A DNA stretch of 64,000 nt, taken from positions 1 through 64,000 of the IMG/VR virus record IMGVR_UViG_3300027743_000002; one strand, 5' to 3'. The notes under the pieces are model-generated. The model worked only from the letters and a program-made list of their open reading frames with translations. It ran no database searches and was not told where the DNA came from. Source of the DNA: a virus. Shown here one piece after another: positions 7,440 through 16,109 of this stretch. Numbering within the stretch: position 1 is the first letter of the stretch; every line of letters begins with the position of its first letter. The translations under genes were made by a program, and so were the position numbers.

Positions 7440-9488
7440 ATGCCTAAGTTGACGAGGGAAGAAACTCAAACACTCTTTAGAGCTTTAGAGATTTCTTCTT
7501 TGTCCGAGATCGATGATGATTGGGTAGGCCAGTTTCTCTCCAAACTCAACGACCCTGTAAAGAAAGCCGCGTGGAATCAACTTCTCGGAATCATCGAAGA
7601 ATTCCGTCCTGAAGAATACAAACGCCTCAACAACTTCGCCAAGAACAACAAGGGAATGCTGCTGGAGTTCCAAGGATGGGAACGCTGGTTAAAGACTCTG
7701 GGAGCGCAGACCTTTACCCGCGACTTTGCCCCGATTCAAAAGAGATTTTGGGATTGGAATTGGCGAGCGTTGCTGAAGATTCGCAAGAACGTCCCGCTTG
7801 ATCCGAAAGAGATGGTTGGCTTTTTACCATGGTCCAGGGAGACGGGGAAAAGTTCAGTAACCGAGTGGGCGTGCATTGCCGAAGGAGCCTTGCTCAGAGG
7901 CGGGTATGTCATCTTCTACTCAGGCAAGCAATCGCAAGCAGAGGAACACGTTACTTCAATCCGTGACCGCATTGAATCTGAGCATGTCAGTGACCTTTAT
8001 CCGTGGTTAGGGAAGCCCAAGGTCGGCGCACACGGAAACAAGTTTGGATGGGGTAAAGAGTTCCTGATGACGAGTGGTGGTTGGGCCATCCGACCTGTTG
8101 GAGCTGATGTAGCGATACGCGGCGGTAAGACACTCAACCTTAGACCAACGCTGATCGTGGTAGACGACCTTGATGAACTCGGTGAGTCACCCGTTGTGGT
8201 CGAACACAAGGAACAGATTCTCACTCGCTCAATTCTGCCGATGGGGAATGACAAAACTCGTGTACTTGTCCCGCAGAATCCCATTCACGCGAACTCAGTA
8301 GTCAATCGAATGCTGACGGGCGTGTCACTTGCGTTGGCGATTAGAACCGTGTTCGGGGAGTTGAATGATGACGGTTCAATGTCCACTCGTCCTGTACCTG
8401 CGGTGCGCGACTTTGCTTACGAAGTCCGCCAAACCGATGAAGGCCCATTCTCTAAAATCACTCAAGGCGAAACGAACTGGCCTGGGATTACGATAGAAGG
8501 TTGGGAGCGAACTCTTAATCGTGTTGGGCCACTAGCATTCGAGAGCGAATACCAACACCGACTCGACGTAATGTTAGAGGAAAGGGTTCTTCCCGAATAC
8601 GATGACAGGGTGCTACGGACGAATCTGATTTCGTGGAGTCAATATGAAACAATGTATGGGACTCGTCGGATTCCGAGTGATTGGATTTGTGATGTTGGTT
8701 GCGATATTGGATATTCGGTAGGCCATCGAACTGCGTTTACATTTCTCACGCGAGCACCGCACGGCGCACCTCTAGCGGGAAGTATTTTTCGTTATCGAGG
8801 ATGTGTATTCACGGCTACCACGATTGGAGAAATGAGCACATCAGTAAAAGCCCGTCTATGGCCTGATGAAAACCTTCAGCGGGAATGGTTGAGTCACGAG
8901 AAGTTAGGCGAGCGGCTAGTGCTTAATCGAGAGCATGGTTGGCACTTCCAGACGTGCGAAAGTGCAAAAACCGCAGGAATTCCGCAATGGAGGCACTTTC
9001 TCAAGTCTGATAAGACGCAGCCGCATCCATTTCACCGAGATGAAAAAAGTGTAGATGGCTTGTGGAAGATTGGTCGTCCAGCATGGTTTGATGTTGTGGA
9101 CGATGACCAGTTCTTTCAACCCTATGATGACCGTGGATTAAAGGTGCATCGTGACCAAGCATTTAATTGGCGACTAAAGCCTGAGAAGCTGACGGAAAGC
9201 GGGCTGACTATTCAGCAGCCTATGAAGGCAGACGAAGATTCCTGCGACGCTACGAGAATGTGTACAGCCGCTCCAAATTTTGGGCCAACTATGCGAGGAA
9301 TGACCCAATATGAAAAGGTGCAAGCCATTATCCCGCAGGGCTATCATGTTAATGAGTTAGTCAAACGTGTTGACTTAGACCCTAACCAACAACACATGAC
9401 TGGTCAGATGGCAACCTTTTTAGCGAGAAAAACATTAGGCTTGGATAAGCCTAAATTAGTTGATCCATGGGGCCAGCCGATAAGGTAA
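7440..9488 (+). CDS. terL: Terminase large subunit
   Basis: 682 aa; Walker A SRETGKS, Walker B IVVDDLD, FESEYQH, RNase H-like GCDIG and C-terminal DEDSCDA. Confidence 0.9.
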   Translation: MPKLTREETQTLFRALEISSLSEIDDDWVGQFLSKLNDPVKKAAWNQLLGIIEEFRPEEYKRLNNFAKNNKGMLLEFQGWERWLKTLGAQTFTRDFAPIQKRFWDWNWRALLKIRKNVPLDPKEMVGFLPWSRETGKSSVTEWACIAEGALLRGGYVIFYSGKQSQAEEHVTSIRDRIESEHVSDLYPWLGKPKVGAHGNKFGWGKEFLMTSGGWAIRPVGADVAIRGGKTLNLRPTLIVVDDLDELGESPVVVEHKEQILTRSILPMGNDKTRVLVPQNPIHANSVVNRMLTGVSLALAIRTVFGELNDDGSMSTRPVPAVRDFAYEVRQTDEGPFSKITQGETNWPGITIEGWERTLNRVGPLAFESEYQHRLDVMLEERVLPEYDDRVLRTNLISWSQYETMYGTRRIPSDWICDVGCDIGYSVGHRTAFTFLTRAPHGAPLAGSIFRYRGCVFTATTIGEMSTSVKARLWPDENLQREWLSHEKLGERLVLNREHGWHFQTCESAKTAGIPQWRHFLKSDKTQPHPFHRDEKSVDGLWKIGRPAWFDVVDDDQFFQPYDDRGLKVHRDQAFNWRLKPEKLTESGLTIQQPMKADEDSCDATRMCTAAPNFGPTMRGMTQYEKVQAIIPQGYHVNELVKRVDLDPNQQHMTGQMATFLARKTLGLDKPKLVDPWGQPIR

Positions 9489-9560
9489 AATAGAACGGCT
9501 CAACCAAAGGCGTGAACCTTTGAGTGAGCCTTGCCAACACTTCTTGATGGAGACAAGATC

Positions 9561-10226
9561 ATGCCAGCTAAATCTAAAATAACTCTTGGCGATCAATTTG
9601 GAAAGCTCACTGTGAGTATCTTTCTTGGTATTCGTAATAAAGAGCGATGGTGGGAGTGCATTTGCGAGTGCGGTAAAACCGTTGAGCGAACTACGGGACA
9701 GTTAAGACGACGACGTTCTTGTGGTTGCTTGCGTGGAAAGAACGGTATTAAGCATGGAATGTCTGAGAGTGATGAGTTTGTTATTTGGCACACAATGAAG
9801 GCACGTTGTTATAACCCGAAAGCCACTGGATATGAAAGATACGGAGGAGCGGGAATATCAATGTCTGATGAATGGCGCGATGATTTTATGGCATTTTATA
9901 ATCATATAGGGCCACGTCCATCAAAAAGACATTCCGTAGATCGTTGGCCGAATCCAAGTGGCAATTATGAACCGAATAATGTTCGGTGGGCCACCAAAGA
10001 GGAACAGGGACGTAATAAAAGAACGAATGTAATTTTCACTCTGAACGGGGAGTCTAAGACTTGTATTGAGTGGAGTGAGATTCTTGGAATTAAGCCAATG
10101 ACTTTGCAAGGGCGTAAATACCATGGGTGGTCGGATGAAGAAATACTCACGACACCGACACTTAAACAAGGAAGGAGAAAAAACAGTGTTGGAAGATATG
10201 AAATCCCTGACGGAAGCGGTAAATAG
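9561..10226 (+). CDS. HNH-type homing endonuclease
   Basis: CICECG...SCGC...YGGAGI...SVDRWPNPSGNYEPNNVRWAT; SD GGAG before ATG 9561. Confidence 0.8.
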   Translation: MPAKSKITLGDQFGKLTVSIFLGIRNKERWWECICECGKTVERTTGQLRRRRSCGCLRGKNGIKHGMSESDEFVIWHTMKARCYNPKATGYERYGGAGISMSDEWRDDFMAFYNHIGPRPSKRHSVDRWPNPSGNYEPNNVRWATKEEQGRNKRTNVIFTLNGESKTCIEWSEILGIKPMTLQGRKYHGWSDEEILTTPTLKQGRRKNSVGRYEIPDGSGK

Positions 10227-10746
10227 ATTTGCGTTTGATTGGTGCGGGCATCGCTCAACCTGTGTGTTGTCATCCGCAGCCCTTGTCCACGTCTTACGGG
10301 AATTGGGCTATGACGCGATGCCGTTGCGGGTTCGTTGCTCAGTACATTCTTCTGAGCCTAGACAAACAGGAACGGTGCTTGGGTCAGACGGAGATGGGTG
10401 CCGACAAGCCGCTGCGGGGCCGGATATGTGGCATGGACATCTAGTAGTAATTGCGGAGAACCGATTCTTGCTTGATCCGTCCATTGACCAAGTGAGTGAA
10501 GGAGAAGAATGTAATCGCTGGATGAACGTGCCGCCATTAGCAGTGGAAGTGAGTGAACGATTTATCCGTGGTGAAGAAGGGTTTTCATTTCAACATGGAA
10601 ATGCCAATCTTTACTATAACGCACGACGACGACAAGTAGGATTTCTATCTGCGCCTGACTGGAAACGTCCGTCACATTGGATGCCCGTGGCGCGTCAAGT
10701 GTTAAACGAGACTAAAATCGTTGCTAAACAGTCGCATGTGACATAA
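10198..10746 (+). CDS. Transglutaminase/papain-fold protein with putative Cys-His-Asp triad
   Basis: TCVLSSAAL..LRELG, WHGHLVV, LLDPSIDQ; ATG 10198 preferred over 10123. Confidence 0.5.
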   Translation: MKSLTEAVNRFAFDWCGHRSTCVLSSAALVHVLRELGYDAMPLRVRCSVHSSEPRQTGTVLGSDGDGCRQAAAGPDMWHGHLVVIAENRFLLDPSIDQVSEGEECNRWMNVPPLAVEVSERFIRGEEGFSFQHGNANLYYNARRRQVGFLSAPDWKRPSHWMPVARQVLNETKIVAKQSHVT

Positions 10747-10757
10747 ACTGCGCGGTG

Positions 10758-10931
10758 ATGCCTTACCGGAGCGCAAGTCAAAGAAGATTTTTTCATTCTA
10801 GTGGAGCGGCAAAAGCAGGGATTACGCTCAAACAAGTGAAAGAATTTGACGCGGCAAGTAAGGACATGAAATTACCAGAAAAGAAGATTAAAAAGCGTGG
10901 CTTGAAGCACGTAAAAATTGGGGGAAAATAA
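10758..10931 (+). CDS. Small basic phage protein (57 aa, not in ORF track)
   Basis: MPYRSASQRRFFH...LPEKKIKKRGLKHVKIGGK; fills the operon gap; MPxxSxxQxR start common in phage small proteins. Confidence 0.65.
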   Translation: MPYRSASQRRFFHSSGAAKAGITLKQVKEFDAASKDMKLPEKKIKKRGLKHVKIGGK

Positions 10932-10933
10932 TT

Positions 10934-11296
10934 ATGCCAGGTCTCACGACGTACACCGCAGATAACAGGCAGACAAGCGCATTGGTCGGCTATGCGATTT
11001 TGCAGGCGTTTGTGCAGGGATACCTTACGAACAGCAATGTTACGGGAGCAGCGACCGCAGACGAGTTGATTGCCTTTGTGAACGCTGCCGTGGTTAGCCC
11101 TGGTGGGGAATCATTTTCACAGCGCAACGCAATTGCGCGAGCACTTGCCGTAGGAAAAGCACTAGGCGATCTCAGCGACGCACGAGTGGCTGCTGCAACG
11201 AGCGCAAATGACCTTGCTGTGACTTACACATGGGTTTCGTCAGACCCCGCAGCGAGTGTGACGGGTCACTTGGGGCCGAACCTCATAACTGGATAA
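10934..11296 (+). CDS. Hypothetical Ala-rich virion-like protein
   Basis: 120 aa, operon position. Confidence 0.65.
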   Translation: MPGLTTYTADNRQTSALVGYAILQAFVQGYLTNSNVTGAATADELIAFVNAAVVSPGGESFSQRNAIARALAVGKALGDLSDARVAAATSANDLAVTYTWVSSDPAASVTGHLGPNLITG

Positions 11297-11301
11297 TCGC
11301 C

Positions 11302-11688
11302 ATGGGTGAAATAGATAGTCTAGCCCGCGCCGCGTGGGAAGGAACTCGTTCGGAACACGCTGTCCCTTACGACGAGTTGGAGCCTGCGTATCGAGACAAC
11401 TTACTTAGACGGGCAGAAGCAGTCTTAGGTGGTGCACCTCCTACAGGCCCGTGGGAAGTCTATGAGAAGCAAGTATGTCAACTGGCCTCAACGAATACGG
11501 AAGTTGGTGCAGAGATGGCGATGGCGGCAGAGATTCCTGAAGAAGTAAAAGAGGAATTGGTAGAAGAAGTTCAGGAAGAAGCCAAACCCAAGAAGGTGAC
11601 AAAGAAAGCCGCGCCAAAGAAAGTGGCTACCAAGAAACCCGTTAAGGTAGTCAAGGCTGTAGCCAAACCCGTAGCGAAGAAAAAGTGA
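11302..11688 (+). CDS. Protein with acidic linker and histone H1-like Lys/Ala/Pro tail
   Basis: KPKKVTKKAAPKKVATKKPVKVVKAVAKPVAKKK. Confidence 0.7.
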   Translation: MGEIDSLARAAWEGTRSEHAVPYDELEPAYRDNLLRRAEAVLGGAPPTGPWEVYEKQVCQLASTNTEVGAEMAMAAEIPEEVKEELVEEVQEEAKPKKVTKKAAPKKVATKKPVKVVKAVAKPVAKKK

Positions 11689-12104
11689 AACGACTATTTC
11701 GCATCCTACATTGGCAAGCCCGCTGTCGTTTTTGGCGCAAGCAAGCCGAAGCAGCCAAGCGAGAAGTAGCACGCTTACAATTATCTCTCTTAGCTGAAAG
11801 ATATCGAAATCTCACTAGGGAAGATATGTTTGTAAGTGCGAGCGTGATGGGAGCGAGAGGGATGTATGGGGTTGCCCCGCGTGGTGGGCCTGCATTGGCG
11901 GAACCGACTCAACCCAAAGTTCCCGCAGTTGATCCGTATCAGTTAAGTGGAGCGGACTTGATGGAGTTTGAGACGTTCTGGAAACCGGACGCAGAAGCAG
12001 CAGGGATTTCGCTGATTACAGCCAAGCAAAAGTTTATTCATGAAGTAGTGATACCTCGTCGGGCACCATTACAAGACGATCCTTTCAATAGTAGGGCTAA
12101 CTAA
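11685..12104 (+). CDS. Hypothetical protein
   Basis: GTGA overlap, 139 aa. Confidence 0.65.
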   Translation: MKRLFRILHWQARCRFWRKQAEAAKREVARLQLSLLAERYRNLTREDMFVSASVMGARGMYGVAPRGGPALAEPTQPKVPAVDPYQLSGADLMEFETFWKPDAEAAGISLITAKQKFIHEVVIPRRAPLQDDPFNSRAN

Positions 12105-12123
12105 GCCAACAAGTGAGCAGTGA

Positions 12124-14742
12124 TTGAACGATTCCCGTGAGTCCCCTAACTTTACCCCGCTCTCGGTCGCCACGGCTCGTGGTGCTCAGAATTTCGCGCC
12201 TGCCAAACCCATCCATGATGTTCTTCAATCTCGTCAGCTAAGTGAAAAGCGCACACCCTCAAAACTTGAAGCAGGCATTAAAGAACTTTACTCCCACTAT
12301 CTGAATCAAGAAAACGCTGCATGGAACTCAATGATTGGGATGGCCCAATTAGTTTCCTTGTTCAGAAAAGGCCAACAATTACTACAACGCCGACCCTTTG
12401 GTGCCCCAGGATACTACGTTAGACCACTCACCGACAACGATGACACGGTAATGAAGCAGACAGCGATGAACCTGATGGGGTTCTTTTCGCAAGCATGTGA
12501 ATCGAAAGTCATTGCTTCTAATCCGAACGTGAACATGCGCCCTGGGGATGATACACCGGAAGCCATTGCTGCCGCGCAAGCGTGTCGTCCCGTCGTGGAT
12601 TACTACGAAACTGAGTGGTACACCGTCCCTTTTGTGCGCCGTGAAGCAATTCGCTTTTTGACTGATGGAGTAGTGATTCATCAGGTGCGGTGGAATCCGT
12701 TTCTTGGGGGCTACGAAGTCAATGAGCGAGAAGTTACGCATGAAGATGTGACGATTGACGAAGGTGGTGGTCAATGTCTTGATTGCCAATTTGAAGGCTC
12801 GCACGAAGCGTTTCAAGGCGAGTATTCAGCGCAATGTCCTGAGTGTGAAAGTCCGGCGGTAGATGTAAGAGACCCGATAAAGCAGAAGTTGGCAAGGATC
12901 GGGATGGGCCAATCGAAGCCCGTAGGTGAGCCGGAAATCGTTTCATCTGCTTTCGCGTCGTGGCGTTGGGACTTGACGAAGGATTTGGAGTTATCGACGT
13001 GGGCGATTAAGCGGCAGTACATCGGACAAGGCGCAATCAAGTTGATGCTTGGGGATGTGACTATCCCTGATTCACAGAGTTCCGAATCTCACGGTCTGGA
13101 CGTGATGTACGCCCTCGCTTATTCAGGTCAGGCGTTCGCTGGAACTAGTAGTTCTCAGTACACAAACACATCGTTAGTTGATAAGAAGCCGACGTTAGCA
13201 GAGTTTTGGTTAAGCCCTGAAGACCAAGCCATGATTGAGACTGAAGGGGGCGAGACAATCTGCGGGCAGACGCTTCCCAAAGGTCGCTTAAGTGAATTCT
13301 TTGGTGGCAAACCAATCTGTGTAGTGGGCTTGAACGATATGTCCCTGATTGTCGGGATGTATGCGAACGAGTCTCAGCAAAAGGAAGTAGTCACCGCTCA
13401 GTGGTTCATGGATGCGGATTCAGGTGCAGGGCGCGGCATGGAAGATACCGCAGCCGTACAGCGCAGATTCAACGCAGTCGATGGTCAGATTTATCAAGGG
13501 CTTGCAACTACAGCAACTCCCGCTGTGTTTACGGATATGTCGTTGATTAAGGAAGATCAGGGAAGATACTTGTTTGCCCCAGGTCATAACATTGATATTT
13601 CACTGGCGTTGCTACCGCCGAACATGAAGTTGCAGGATGCGATTTATGTTGGAAATCCTGGGGCGGTGAGTCAACAGTTTGTTCAGTACGGCTCTCAGTT
13701 CTTGCGCGAGATGGCGCAGATTTCCAGTCTTGTCACAGAGTTCACGAATGGCTTGATTGGAGTGGATAACCGCACTGCAACAGGTGCACAGATTACGGCA
13801 CAGTTAGCGAACTCGTTGTATGGCCCAATGCTGGCAAGTAAAGGTCAGATGAGAGTTGATATTGCGAAGAAGATCGTTCGGTTGGTGGCGGAACATGACT
13901 TCTCAGGCAGGTACTATCCAGGCAAAGGCGCAGCCAAGGGCAGAATGGTTAGTGGGCAGGATTTGAAGTCGAAAGTGGTCTTTGAGTTAGTGCCTAACAG
14001 CGAGTTGCCTGTAAGTCCCTTTACTGAGCAGACAGACATTAGAGTGTTTGGAGAGTCTTTTGGGGGACTTTTAGGTGCAGCTCAGTTACAAGCACAGTTT
14101 CCACGCTTCTTTAAGGCGGTAGCAAAGCCGTTTAACATTCAATTTGATGATGAGAGTGATGACGATGTGAGCACGTTGTGTCTCAAGCGACTTGAAAGTA
14201 TGAGAATGAACCTTGAGTCAGGTGTGACTGACCCTGCGGTGTTAGTGCAGATGGTCAAGCCTCCCGTGAGTAAGGTAGAGCCGAAACATGCTGAGAAAGC
14301 GGAATGGTACAGCGACTATTTAGACTTGGAGAGAGGTCAAACTGCCCCGTTGGAATTACGTGAAGCGATTGAGCAAATGTATTGGTCTCATCTAAATCTC
14401 CAAGTTGAGAAGTCAATGCCTCAATCCTTTAATCAAGGTTTAATCGGTGCGGCGGGTGCTGCGCCTGCTGCGATTGGTTCAGCCTTACTGCAAGGTCAAG
14501 AGCAGCAAGCAGAACCAGCGGTTGAGGACAAGAGTGAAGAATTGGAAGCGAAAGTTGCGATTGAGGAAATGAAGACAAAGAAAGACCTCGAACTCAAGCA
14601 GATGGAGACGGAGACGCAAAAACAAGTCGCGTTAATTCAGGGACAGAGTGCCCTTGCTAACACAAAACTTGCGGGTGAGAATCAGTTGAAGGTGGCTAAA
14701 GCCAAGCCAAAGGTAAAACCCGCAGCAAGGAAGTCGGCATAG
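12124..14742 (+). CDS. Portal protein with Zn-ribbon insertion
   Basis: 872 aa downstream of terL; RTATGAQI motif, C-terminal coiled coil, CLDC..CPEC insertion. Confidence 0.75.
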   Translation: MNDSRESPNFTPLSVATARGAQNFAPAKPIHDVLQSRQLSEKRTPSKLEAGIKELYSHYLNQENAAWNSMIGMAQLVSLFRKGQQLLQRRPFGAPGYYVRPLTDNDDTVMKQTAMNLMGFFSQACESKVIASNPNVNMRPGDDTPEAIAAAQACRPVVDYYETEWYTVPFVRREAIRFLTDGVVIHQVRWNPFLGGYEVNEREVTHEDVTIDEGGGQCLDCQFEGSHEAFQGEYSAQCPECESPAVDVRDPIKQKLARIGMGQSKPVGEPEIVSSAFASWRWDLTKDLELSTWAIKRQYIGQGAIKLMLGDVTIPDSQSSESHGLDVMYALAYSGQAFAGTSSSQYTNTSLVDKKPTLAEFWLSPEDQAMIETEGGETICGQTLPKGRLSEFFGGKPICVVGLNDMSLIVGMYANESQQKEVVTAQWFMDADSGAGRGMEDTAAVQRRFNAVDGQIYQGLATTATPAVFTDMSLIKEDQGRYLFAPGHNIDISLALLPPNMKLQDAIYVGNPGAVSQQFVQYGSQFLREMAQISSLVTEFTNGLIGVDNRTATGAQITAQLANSLYGPMLASKGQMRVDIAKKIVRLVAEHDFSGRYYPGKGAAKGRMVSGQDLKSKVVFELVPNSELPVSPFTEQTDIRVFGESFGGLLGAAQLQAQFPRFFKAVAKPFNIQFDDESDDDVSTLCLKRLESMRMNLESGVTDPAVLVQMVKPPVSKVEPKHAEKAEWYSDYLDLERGQTAPLELREAIEQMYWSHLNLQVEKSMPQSFNQGLIGAAGAAPAAIGSALLQGQEQQAEPAVEDKSEELEAKVAIEEMKTKKDLELKQMETETQKQVALIQGQSALANTKLAGENQLKVAKAKPKVKPAARKSA

Positions 14743-14744
14743 TC

Positions 14745-16106
14745 ATGGCCTTTACTGACAGACTACGGAAACGAATCAGCAGCCCCGTTGGATTTGCGGG
14801 CGGCACGTTGGAAGAACAACTTCTGCGAGCCGCGCAAGGGGATCAAGCCACAGCCCCACAACCTGAACGCGGTGGGTTTATTCGTGAACCACAGCCAACG
14901 ATGGCTGAGTCTGCAATGGCTCGTGTTGTTGAACCACAACCTGCTCCCGCGTTAGCGCAGCCGATGGCGCGTTCGCGTTCGTTCAAGGATGCATTATCAC
15001 GACCAACGCAAGCCCCAACGGGCAGTTTTGAGCCACCACAGCCCACTCAAACAACGGACTTAGGACAAGGAAGGACGTTTACCGAAGGCGGTACGGACGA
15101 TGTACGTGGCCGACGCGCTGAACCACGAGACTTCATTGCTGATGATGAAGCGTATTTGCGCGATTTGAGAAACAAACCCCGCACTTGGCGAGACAAGTTA
15201 GTAGACGTGACAGACGCTCTCAATGTGGTAGCAGGGGGACAGAAAAGAATTCTCCCAACCAAGCGAGAGCGAGAAATTGGAGAGGTAGAGAACAGAATTG
15301 GACAAGGGTTGGCGATAGACAGATCACGACTTCCCAAAGCAAGTGAGCGGGGGCAAATATCCACACGGGTTGTGAATGAAGGTGAGTATCCCGATGTGGA
15401 AGCAGGAACAGAGATTCGGGTACGAATTGATCCGCGCACGGGTGAACCTACAGACATGATAGGGGCGAATAAACGCCCTGTGGTAGCGGGTCTCCCGAAA
15501 AAGGGAGCAGAGCGAGCACCCCACTACGATAAGGACGCAGAGGGCTACTTAATCACCGTACAAGATGGTAAGTCGAAGCGGGTCGTGAATGAAAAGGGTG
15601 AACCCGTCCAAGTGAAAAAGAGTGGTGACGAAGAATTCGTGGAAGTGGAAGTCAATGGACGGAAACTGAAGGTCACTCCTGCACAAGCATTGAACTACTA
15701 CGGGCAAACGGGAGAGCAGGAAATCAAACGCACGGCAGCACAGCGAGAGGCGTTAGCCAAGCGAACAGCAAAGTTGAATGAGTCATCGACACTCTACAAG
15801 AAGGCTGACAACTTAGCGGAAGAAGCAAAGAAGTTACATGGACAACCCGATCCCTACGGTGACGTTGCGAAGCGCATCATGGAGTACGAGAAGGAAGCGC
15901 GAGACTTGCGCGTTAAGGGTGATGCGGCGCGGGCTGACGGAGAAGCGATTCCGGTTGCCACAGAGCAACCACCAGCAGCGACGGGTGGCAAGTACGCAGG
16001 ACAGAGAATCGCCACCACGAAACTCGCAGACGCAGCCAAGCGGTTGAACATGACCATCGAGAAGGTCAAAGAATATCTTCAAAGTGAAGGTGCTGAGATA
16101 TATTGA
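14745..16106 (+). CDS. Putative internal virion/ejection protein
   Basis: 453 aa, charged and low complexity; between portal and the giant SLT protein. Confidence 0.5.
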   Translation: MAFTDRLRKRISSPVGFAGGTLEEQLLRAAQGDQATAPQPERGGFIREPQPTMAESAMARVVEPQPAPALAQPMARSRSFKDALSRPTQAPTGSFEPPQPTQTTDLGQGRTFTEGGTDDVRGRRAEPRDFIADDEAYLRDLRNKPRTWRDKLVDVTDALNVVAGGQKRILPTKREREIGEVENRIGQGLAIDRSRLPKASERGQISTRVVNEGEYPDVEAGTEIRVRIDPRTGEPTDMIGANKRPVVAGLPKKGAERAPHYDKDAEGYLITVQDGKSKRVVNEKGEPVQVKKSGDEEFVEVEVNGRKLKVTPAQALNYYGQTGEQEIKRTAAQREALAKRTAKLNESSTLYKKADNLAEEAKKLHGQPDPYGDVAKRIMEYEKEARDLRVKGDAARADGEAIPVATEQPPAATGGKYAGQRIATTKLADAAKRLNMTIEKVKEYLQSEGAEIY

Positions 16107-16109
16107 GCA

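Noticed and set aside
13897-13935. Portal segment DFSGRYYP as the target of array 1
   Set aside because: 13/26 nt, within chance
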